Shown: positions 25,894 through 33,733 of the stretch, piece by piece
Numbering within the stretch: position 1 is the first letter of the stretch
Layout of the letters: every line of letters starts with the position of its first letter
Assembly: GCA_963845175.1 (NCBI GenBank)
Contig: CAWJRI010000016.1
Location: 6,670 to 70,669, forward strand
Origin: an uncultured archaeon
GTDB lineage: Archaea > Nanobdellota > Nanobdellia > Woesearchaeales > CAIVOO01
DNA length: 64,000 nucleotides
Reading direction: 5' to 3'
Translations under genes and position numbers: made by a program
Notes under the pieces: model-generated
The model's database searches: none
Seen by the model: only the letters and a program-made list of their open reading frames with translations
What the model was told of the DNA's origin: nothing

Positions 25894-27063
25894 TTAACTG
25901 TTTATAAGAATCAAAGGAACAAACATTTCATCTTTGCTGACTCCGCCGTGTTTTGCTTTATGGAAGTGATTTGTTTTGTAATTTGCGAGTTTTTCTTTTA
26001 AAATATAATTTTTCTTCATTATCAGCACATAATCGCCCACCCTGTCAAATAATCTTTTGTTTGGTTTTCCAATTCCGTAGAAGTTGTCCTTAATCAACTG
26101 CTCTCCTTTGAAGCACCAGCAGTATTTTGACATCTTGGTTTTTACAATTTTTTCAAAATCCTTTGTTTTGCTGGGCCTGACGTAGCAATTTCTCACCCTT
26201 GACTCTCCTGTAAGGGGGATTGTCAGGCACTCTTTTAATCCTTTTATATCTTCAATCCACATTGTTGTTTTTGGAGCAACATCAATAAGACCATGGTCTG
26301 CAGTAACAATTATCTCTGTATTGGTTCCCCTGACTGATTTAGCCAAATTCTTCATCTGTTTATCCAAATCCCGGAAAAGAGCATTGACTTTTCTGCTGCC
26401 AGCCCCCTCATCATGTGTTAATGAATCTAAGTCATAAATGTAGGCGTGAATTAATCTTTTTTTTGCTGATTTCTTTTTGATTAATGTCTTTATTTTTGTA
26501 AAAGTATTCTTGTAATCTTTTGTCGGCATGATTTCGGTATATTTTGAAACATATTCGGTAAATTGGCTGTGGGCGATTTTTTTGTCAATTAATGTAAAGC
26601 ATTTCCCGTTAAATCCTTTATGGAACGATTCAATGTCCATGATTTTGTCCATCTCAAACCCTGATTTGGACAAGGACTCATTGCCATACATTGGTACAAA
26701 AGGCAGAATTGTGGTTATCGCCCCGACTTCCTTAAGATTAATGTCCCAGCCAGTGAGGGCATGCTGCTGTGTCGGATAGCCAACTGAAAAAGAAGTATTC
26801 GCACATGCAGTAGTAGATAAAAAAGTGGAAGTCATTTTTGAACTAAGGTTTTCTAACAAAAAAGAATTTTTTTGTTTTTTTAAGTAATTGTATCCTAATC
26901 CGTCAATTATAATCAAAACTATGTTCTTGAATTTCTTTAACTCTTTTGATTTTAACGAAACAAGCTCAGGATACGAATGTTTTTTTCCAAAGCTGTTTGA
27001 AATAGAACTCATTAAATTAACAATGCTATTTCCCTTGTAATCCGGCAGGGTAAATTCATACAT
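25894..27063 (-). CDS. alkaline-phosphatase-superfamily phosphodiesterase/pyrophosphatase-like protein (COG1524-like)
   Basis: VLIIIDGLGYNY, IIVTADHG and AKHGGVSKDEMFVPL are metal-ligand motifs of the AP superfamily. GC is noticeably lower than in neighbouring genes. Confidence 0.7.
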   Translation of the reverse strand: MYEFTLPDYKGNSIVNLMSSISNSFGKKHSYPELVSLKSKELKKFKNIVLIIIDGLGYNYLKKQKNSFLLENLSSKMTSTFLSTTACANTSFSVGYPTQQHALTGWDINLKEVGAITTILPFVPMYGNESLSKSGFEMDKIMDIESFHKGFNGKCFTLIDKKIAHSQFTEYVSKYTEIMPTKDYKNTFTKIKTLIKKKSAKKRLIHAYIYDLDSLTHDEGAGSRKVNALFRDLDKQMKNLAKSVRGTNTEIIVTADHGLIDVAPKTTMWIEDIKGLKECLTIPLTGESRVRNCYVRPSKTKDFEKIVKTKMSKYCWCFKGEQLIKDNFYGIGKPNKRLFDRVGDYVLIMKKNYILKEKLANYKTNHFHKAKHGGVSKDEMFVPLILINS

Positions 27064-27231
27064 GATAATAGAATAGAGAAATTATTTCTTTTATAATGTT
27101 TTCTGAAAATACCTAAGTCCTGTCCTAGGCGCTGAAGTATATATCGACAGCAAGGCATGCTCCCGAAACCTTTAAATACCACCTCTAATTTAACACCTCA
27201 ATAGATATTCTAAGATGAATATGGGGCCATA

Positions 27232-27864
27232 ATGAAAGAAATAAAAACCGGCACAACAACAATGGTTATTATGTGCAAGGATGGAATAGTGGTAGCTGCA
27301 GACAGGAGAGCGACTGCAGGAAACATCATTGCCAATAAGGACTGCCCGAAAATCTACGAACTGTCGGACAAGATGCTGCTGACTGTTGCAGGGACTGTCT
27401 CAGACATCCAGCTTCTTATAAAAATTGCAAGGGCGCAGATAAAGTTGATGAAAGTGAGGACAGGCAGGGACGTGACAAACAAGGAGGCAGCAAATCTTCT
27501 TGCAGGCATGGTTTACTCAAACATAAGAAAGTTCAGCCTTATACCGGGAATTTCGCAGTTCCTGCTGGGCGGAATTGACAACGAAGGCTTCCACATCTAC
27601 GAGATAAACTTTGACGGCTCTGTGATGCCTATCGAAGATTATGTCGCATCTGGTTCAGGAAGCGACATGGTCTACGGAGTATTGGAGACACTTTACAAAA
27701 AAGACATGAGCGTGAACGACGTGATTCAGCTTGCAGCGAAAGGATTGAATGCAGCAATCCAGAGGGATTCGGCATCAGGCTCTGGCTTTGATATAATGAC
27801 TGTGACAAAAGAAGGGCTAAAAAAGGTAGCAGCAAAAAAACTTCAATTGAAAGTAGAGTTATAA
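27232..27864 (+). CDS. psmB: proteasome subunit beta
   Basis: Short propeptide then the TTTMVIMCKDGIVVAADRRAT active-site Thr region. GSGS and DSASG motifs. Confidence 0.9.
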   Translation: MKEIKTGTTTMVIMCKDGIVVAADRRATAGNIIANKDCPKIYELSDKMLLTVAGTVSDIQLLIKIARAQIKLMKVRTGRDVTNKEAANLLAGMVYSNIRKFSLIPGISQFLLGGIDNEGFHIYEINFDGSVMPIEDYVASGSGSDMVYGVLETLYKKDMSVNDVIQLAAKGLNAAIQRDSASGSGFDIMTVTKEGLKKVAAKKLQLKVEL

Positions 27865-27904
27865 ACAACCTATTCTGAAGTGATTTAGAAGCAGGGGTTC
27901 TTGA

Positions 27905-29797
27905 ATGGGAGACATCATAAAAGAAATTTTAAGCAGAATTCCAGAAAACGAGATAGCTGACGCTGTATTCGAGGGCGCAAACATAGTTCTGTACACAAAG
28001 GATAAGGATTTTTTCCTTGAGCCCGGCACGAAAATCAGGGAGATTGTGGATGAATTAAAAAAGAGGATAGAGCTTAGGCCGGACCCGTCGATAACACTAA
28101 ACCAGGAAAAGGCAGAAGCTGAAATTAAAAAAGTAATCCCGGAAGAAGCAGGCGTCTCAAATATAATCTTTGACCCGCAGAGGTCCAGGGTAATAATCGA
28201 AGTCGAGAAGCCGGGGCTTGCAATCGGAAAGCAGGGCGAGCTTCTGAGGGAGATAAAGCAGAAAACATTGTGGGTTCCGCTTGTAAGAAGGACGCCTGCA
28301 ATAAGGTCTGTCCTGATTGAAAACATAAGAAATGTTCTTTACCAGAATTCTGATTACAGGAGAAAATTCCTTAACAAGATCGGGCACAGGATTTATGACG
28401 GCTGGCTGAGAGGAAAAAAGAATGAGTGGATAAGGGTTTCATATCTTGGCGGGGCAAGGCAGGTCGGAAGAAGCTGCATACTTCTACAGACACCTGAGTC
28501 AAGGGTGATGCTTGACTGCGGAATAAACGTCGCAGCAGAAAGCGAGCACGCCTATCCGAAGCTCGAGGCGCCTGAATTCAAGATCGACGAGCTGGACGCG
28601 ATAGTCATAACGCACGCGCATCTCGACCATTCTGGTTTTGTTCCTTACCTTTACAAGTTCGGCTACAAGGGGCCGACTTACTGCACAGCGCCCACAAGAG
28701 ACATCATGGCATTACTTCAGCTTGATTTCGTAAAAATCCAGCAGAGTGAGGGCAAAGACCCGATTTACACCAGCGACGACATAAAGGAGATGGTCAAGCA
28801 CACAATCTGCCTTGACTTTGAAGAAGTTTCTGACATAACACCCGATGTGCGCATGACTTTGTACAACGCAGGGCACATAATCGGAAGTTCGATGATACAT
28901 CTGCACGTCGGAAACGGGCTGCATAACATACTTTACACAGGCGACCTTAAATATGGAAGAACAGAATTGCTTGAGTCAGCTGCGACGCAGTTCCCAAGGC
29001 TTGAATCACTGATGATTGAAAGCACTTACGGCGGAAAGGACAATATCCTGCCTCCACTCAAAGAAGAAGAAGACGAGTTTAGAGATGTTGTAAAAGAAAC
29101 TGTCAAAAGAAAAGGCAAGATACTTATTCCTGTGCTCGGAACAGGAAGAGGACAGGACATGATGATTATTGTTGAGGACATGATAAGGAGAGGTGAGCTT
29201 GAAAAGATTCCTGTTTACATTGACGGCATGGTCTGGGATGTTACAGCAATCCACACTGCTTATCCTGAATTCCTTAATAGCAACATAAGAAAGCAGATCT
29301 TCCACAAGGATGAAAATCCATTCCTTTCAGAAATATTCAAAAGAGTCGGCTCGAAAAAGGAAAGGGACCAGATACTTGAGGAGGAGGGAAGCTGCATAAT
29401 ACTCGCAACATCTGGAATGCTTGTAGGAGGCCCTTCTGTCGAGTACCTGAAGGCACTGGCAAACAGCTCCAGGAACACGCTGATTTTTTCATGCTACCAG
29501 CCAGAGGGCTCGCTCGGCTGGAGAATAAGGAACGGCGAAACAGAATTCACATTCACCGAGGGGACAAAGCAGGAAGTTATGAAAGTGAACATGGAAGTGA
29601 CGAGGTTTGAGATAACAGACCACTCAGACAGGAAGCAGCTGATGAACTTTGTCTACAAATGCGAACCGAGACCGAAGAAAATAATTGTCAATCACGGCGA
29701 AAGCTCAAGATGCCTTGATTTGGCAAGCTCAATGCACAGGCAGTACAGGGTTGAGACAAACTGCCCGAGAAATCTTGAAGCAGTAAGGCTGAGATGA
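27905..29797 (+). CDS. fttA: aCPSF1 / FttA, KH-domain beta-CASP ribonuclease (transcription termination factor)
   Basis: N-terminal KH region (IIEVEKPGLAIGKQGELLREI), GGARQVGRSC, HAHLDHSG, YNAGHIIGS, TDHSD and VNHGE. 630 aa. Confidence 0.9.
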   Translation: MGDIIKEILSRIPENEIADAVFEGANIVLYTKDKDFFLEPGTKIREIVDELKKRIELRPDPSITLNQEKAEAEIKKVIPEEAGVSNIIFDPQRSRVIIEVEKPGLAIGKQGELLREIKQKTLWVPLVRRTPAIRSVLIENIRNVLYQNSDYRRKFLNKIGHRIYDGWLRGKKNEWIRVSYLGGARQVGRSCILLQTPESRVMLDCGINVAAESEHAYPKLEAPEFKIDELDAIVITHAHLDHSGFVPYLYKFGYKGPTYCTAPTRDIMALLQLDFVKIQQSEGKDPIYTSDDIKEMVKHTICLDFEEVSDITPDVRMTLYNAGHIIGSSMIHLHVGNGLHNILYTGDLKYGRTELLESAATQFPRLESLMIESTYGGKDNILPPLKEEEDEFRDVVKETVKRKGKILIPVLGTGRGQDMMIIVEDMIRRGELEKIPVYIDGMVWDVTAIHTAYPEFLNSNIRKQIFHKDENPFLSEIFKRVGSKKERDQILEEEGSCIILATSGMLVGGPSVEYLKALANSSRNTLIFSCYQPEGSLGWRIRNGETEFTFTEGTKQEVMKVNMEVTRFEITDHSDRKQLMNFVYKCEPRPKKIIVNHGESSRCLDLASSMHRQYRVETNCPRNLEAVRLR

Positions 29798-30663
29798 AAA
29801 AGGCATTAAAGATTGTTTTGATTGTTGTTGCAGTTCTGATAATTTTGGCAGTTGTAGGATTTGTTTCTGTCATGGGAACAAGCACAAGGACAGCTTATCT
29901 GAAAATAGACAATGGCACAGTTGAAGTTGACAAGGGCAGCGGCTGGACAGCTGCAGCAGACAACATGGATCTTTCGCTGAATGACAAAGTAAGGACAGCT
30001 GACGGCGAAGCATCAGTCATTCTCTATGAAAGCATCATAGTGCAGCTTGAAAAGAACACAGAAGTTTTGATAAAGGATTTGGCAAAGAACAATGTTGTTG
30101 TTAAGCAGGCTAGCGGAACAACCTGGAATAAGTTCACGGGGCTGAGTGGCGTCAAGGGCTATGAGGTGGAAACGCCGACGACAGTGGCAACTGTCAGGGG
30201 AACAGAGTTTGGAATAAATCTTTCTCAGGTGATGGTCGGCGAAGGCGAGGTTGATGTTTCAGCAGATGGCCAGAATCTTACAGTATTTGAAGGAGAGAAG
30301 TCAGATCTTCTGTTTGACAAGCTTACAAAACTTAATCTAACACCTGAAGAAAAGCAGTTTGTTTTGAAGAGACTTGCAAAAAGCCTCGAAAGACTCAAGG
30401 AGATGAGAATGGCTCAGCTGAATAAGCATAGCTTTTTGCTTAATCAAATCAAAAAAATGCGCAATTTAACTGACGCAGACATCCAGAGGGGATTTGCAAA
30501 GCTTGACAGCGGCAATTTGACAGAGGAAGAAATAATGAAAAAGATGCCGATTCCGCTGCAGAAGCTGCCTGTTTCAAAGAATTCTATTGATAAGATAATT
30601 GAACTGAACCAAAAAATTAGGAAACAGCAGCAGTTCATGAAGAAGTTAAAGGGAGGACAATAG
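29794..30663 (+). CDS. FecR-domain membrane-anchored protein
   Basis: N-terminal TM (IVLIVVAVLIILAVVGFV). VRTADGEASVILYESIIVQLEKNTEVLI...TPTTVATVRGTEFGI resembles the FecR fold. ATGA overlap with the aCPSF1 stop. Confidence 0.6.
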   Translation: MKKALKIVLIVVAVLIILAVVGFVSVMGTSTRTAYLKIDNGTVEVDKGSGWTAAADNMDLSLNDKVRTADGEASVILYESIIVQLEKNTEVLIKDLAKNNVVVKQASGTTWNKFTGLSGVKGYEVETPTTVATVRGTEFGINLSQVMVGEGEVDVSADGQNLTVFEGEKSDLLFDKLTKLNLTPEEKQFVLKRLAKSLERLKEMRMAQLNKHSFLLNQIKKMRNLTDADIQRGFAKLDSGNLTEEEIMKKMPIPLQKLPVSKNSIDKIIELNQKIRKQQQFMKKLKGGQ

Positions 30664-30673
30664 TTAATGGAAA

Positions 30674-32608
30674 ATGCACAGGGCTAAAACAGGCGTTTGC
30701 CTGGCGATTTCACTGGCTTGTGCACTTGTTTTTTCTCTGCTTTTTTATTTTGGATTTTATTCAAACATACAGCTGAAGCTGAGCGACAATCTCTACGGCG
30801 GGAGGAATGCGCTCGACAGCATAGTCATCGTGGCGATTGATGACAAGAGCCTGCAGGAGATTGGAAGATGGCCCTGGGACCGCGAATGGTTTGCCAAGGC
30901 AATAGATTTTCTGAATGAAAGCAAGACAGTTGGGATTGATGTTGCTTTTTTTGAGGAGTCCAGCAAAGAAACTGATGCAAGGCTCGCAGAAGCGATGAAA
31001 AATTCGCACAATGTCGTGATTCCTGTTGAATACACTTCTTTTGAAAGTGTAAATGGAAGAGTTGTAGGCAAGGATATGCTTTATCCAGTCGGTGAGCTCG
31101 GGAAATCCGCCAGAGGTTTGGGCTATGTCAATGTTGTCACAGACAGCGACGGTGTTACAAGGGCAGTCAATCTTGATGTCAGCGACAAATATTCGAATTT
31201 CGCAGAAACAGTCTACAGGCTTTACTGGAAAAATGAGACAGTAAAGAGAACAAGCAGGTTTCTTGTGAATTTTGTCGGGAAGCCGAAAAGCTTCAATTAC
31301 TATTCATTCACAGACATTGTCCACGGGCGCGTGAACAAAAGCGTCTTCAGGGGAAAGCTTGTCTTTATCGGCTCAACTTCGCCTGACATGCACGATGATT
31401 ATTTTGTGCCGACATCTCAAGGCAAGGCGATGCCTGGCGTAGAGGTGCACGCAAACACTGTGCAGACAATGATTACAAAGAGATTCCTGGGCAACGAGCC
31501 GAAATGGCTTGTAATCCTTTCTCTTTTTATTTTTGCCGCGATTGTCGCGCTCCTTGTGGACAGGCTTAATATCTGGCTTTCGGGTGCAATTGCCTTTGCA
31601 TTATTTTTAGTCTACACGCTGGTTTCAATTAAGATTTTTGACTTCGGCACCATAATGAATTTTATCTATATCCCTGCAGTGATTTTATTTTCCTATGTTT
31701 CTGTTCTTGCCTACTCATACCTGACAGAGCAGAAGTCCAAGAAAAATATAATGGGCGCGTTTGGCAAATATGTCTCGCCAGTTATTGTTGAGCAGATAGT
31801 GAAGCATCCCGAGAAGCTTAAGCTCGGCGGTGAGAAAAGAAATGTTACAATCCTGTTTTCCGACATAAGGGGATTTACTTCGATTTCAGAAAAGCTCACG
31901 CCTGAAAAACTTGTAACTCTGCTTAACGAATATCTTTCAGCAATGACCAATATCGTGCTCGAGCACAGCGGGCTGGTTGACAAATACATCGGCGACGCAA
32001 TCATGGCATTCTGGAATGCCCCGCTGGACCAGCCGAAGCATCCGAAGCTTGCCTGCTCAACAGCGCTTGGGATGATAAATAAACTTGGCGAGCTCCAGCT
32101 GAAATGGAAAAAAGAGGGGCTGCCGCATATTGACATAGGCATTGGATTGAATACAGGCGACGCAGTAATAGGAAACATGGGCTCCTACGATAGGTTTGAT
32201 TACACTGCAATGGGAGACAATATCAACCTGGGCTCGAGGCTGGAAGGGCTGACAAAACAGTATGGCGTGAAAATAATAATAAGCGAGTCAACCTATGAAA
32301 AGGTTAAGGATGAATTTGTTGCAAGGAAGCTTGACTTGGTTAGCGTCAAGGGAAAGACAAAGCCTGTCTTCATTTATGAATTGGTCTGCAGGAAAAATGA
32401 GCTGACAAAGAAAAATACGGAATCAATAAAGCATTACGAAGCTGGGCTGAATCTTTACTTTGCAAGGAAATGGGACAGTGCGCTGAATGAATTCAGCAGG
32501 CTGAAGGATGACAGGCCAGCAGAGGAATTCATCCAGCGCTGCAGGAATTTCAAGAAGAGCCCGCCTCCAAAAGGCTGGAACGGTACCTGGATAATGAAGA
32601 CGAAGTAA
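30674..32608 (+). CDS. CHASE2-sensor class III adenylate/guanylate cyclase
   Basis: CHASE2 start (IVIVAIDDKSLQEIGRWPWDR), 3 TM segments, then the cyclase core VTILFSDIRGFTS...KYIGDAIMAFWNAP...GIGLNTGDAVIGNMGS...YTAMGDNINLGSRLE. Confidence 0.85.
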   Translation: MHRAKTGVCLAISLACALVFSLLFYFGFYSNIQLKLSDNLYGGRNALDSIVIVAIDDKSLQEIGRWPWDREWFAKAIDFLNESKTVGIDVAFFEESSKETDARLAEAMKNSHNVVIPVEYTSFESVNGRVVGKDMLYPVGELGKSARGLGYVNVVTDSDGVTRAVNLDVSDKYSNFAETVYRLYWKNETVKRTSRFLVNFVGKPKSFNYYSFTDIVHGRVNKSVFRGKLVFIGSTSPDMHDDYFVPTSQGKAMPGVEVHANTVQTMITKRFLGNEPKWLVILSLFIFAAIVALLVDRLNIWLSGAIAFALFLVYTLVSIKIFDFGTIMNFIYIPAVILFSYVSVLAYSYLTEQKSKKNIMGAFGKYVSPVIVEQIVKHPEKLKLGGEKRNVTILFSDIRGFTSISEKLTPEKLVTLLNEYLSAMTNIVLEHSGLVDKYIGDAIMAFWNAPLDQPKHPKLACSTALGMINKLGELQLKWKKEGLPHIDIGIGLNTGDAVIGNMGSYDRFDYTAMGDNINLGSRLEGLTKQYGVKIIISESTYEKVKDEFVARKLDLVSVKGKTKPVFIYELVCRKNELTKKNTESIKHYEAGLNLYFARKWDSALNEFSRLKDDRPAEEFIQRCRNFKKSPPPKGWNGTWIMKTK

Positions 32609-32635
32609 TCATGTCAGAGACGAGCGCGTTTCTGA

Positions 32636-32665
32636 GCACAAAGAAATGCCTCGCATTTCTTGTGC
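32636..32665. terminator. strong hairpin between convergent genes
   Basis: gcacaaagaaatgc-ctc-gcatttcttgtgc (13-14 bp stem with one bulge) lies 28 nt after the cyclase stop. A second AGGATTT...AAATCCT inverted repeat follows. Confidence 0.4.
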
Positions 32666-32716
32666 AAGAAATCATTTTAGGATTTCTTTGCATCCTAAAA
32701 ATCCTTTGGCGGATTT

Positions 32717-33643
32717 TTATGATTTCTTATATGCAACATAAATATCTGCTTCCAGCATCTTGTCGTTCTTGTAATAATGATGCACGAAATAGACATTTCC
32801 TTCATTGTCTATTGAAGCCTCTCCTGCAAGTGGCGAAATAATTAATTCAGGGGTCTGCCATTCGCCATCAACTTTCTTTGACCTCCACAAGCCATAATTT
32901 CTTGAAATCCATAATTCGTTTCCATCAGGGCTCAAAGCAGGCCAGCCTTCGCTGTCTGCTGTGTTGACTGCTTCGACATTTTCAGGCTCTAACCACTCTC
33001 CATTTACTTTTTTTGAAACCCAGATGTCAAGCCCGCCTTTTCCTCCTGGCCTGTCAGAATGGAAGTAGAGCTCATTTCCATCATCTGTTATGTGGAGCTC
33101 GCCAACTTTGTAATCAGGATTAAAATCCGCATTTTTCCAGTTCTGCCATCTGCCATCATTGTATTCTGCAGTGAACCAGTGCACCCCAGTATAACCTTCC
33201 CTGACAGAGCAGAACCATATAATATTATCCTGGACAAATTCGCAGCCATCCATTGCGAGCTTTCCTGGGTCCTGCAGAAATATTCTTTCAGGCTTTTCCC
33301 ATTCATTGTTTGATTTTTTTGAAACATATATGCCTGTTACTCCATCTATTACCTGCTTCTCAACAGGAACTCTTACATCTGGGGTGAAAAAGAAATACAA
33401 TGTATTGCCGTCAGGCATTATAAATGCCGAATCTTCTGCTCCCGCTGTGTTAACTAGTCCTGGGATAGGAACTGGCTTTTCATATTCATCAGAATAAGTC
33501 TGTGGCGGAGACAGGTCTGTTTCCGGAGTGATTTTTACTGCGTCTGCAGGAATCTTGCTCTCCCTGTCAATAATAATCTGCTGCTTTTGGGCGCAGCCGC
33601 TTGCAAGCAGAATTACAATTAACAATACAGGCAGATATTTCAT
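32717..33643 (-). CDS. lipoprotein with TolB-like PD40 beta-propeller repeats
   Basis: MKYLPVLLIVILLASGCAQ lipobox. Repeated (S/T)(P/D)DGNELYF/WISR...G..D(I/L)W motifs. Confidence 0.65.
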   Translation of the reverse strand: MKYLPVLLIVILLASGCAQKQQIIIDRESKIPADAVKITPETDLSPPQTYSDEYEKPVPIPGLVNTAGAEDSAFIMPDGNTLYFFFTPDVRVPVEKQVIDGVTGIYVSKKSNNEWEKPERIFLQDPGKLAMDGCEFVQDNIIWFCSVREGYTGVHWFTAEYNDGRWQNWKNADFNPDYKVGELHITDDGNELYFHSDRPGGKGGLDIWVSKKVNGEWLEPENVEAVNTADSEGWPALSPDGNELWISRNYGLWRSKKVDGEWQTPELIISPLAGEASIDNEGNVYFVHHYYKNDKMLEADIYVAYKKS

Positions 33644-33733
33644 TTGCTATGATATTTAATGCAGATTTATAAATTTTTACCAGCAAATCACCAAAACATA
33701 TTTAAATCCTGATTAACTTGATTACTTGGTTAG

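Noticed and set aside
27204-27231. 5-codon mini-ORF (MNMGP) overlapping the psmB start (TAATG)
   Set aside because: It is too short to evaluate and has no SD. It is probably just part of the psmB 5' leader.
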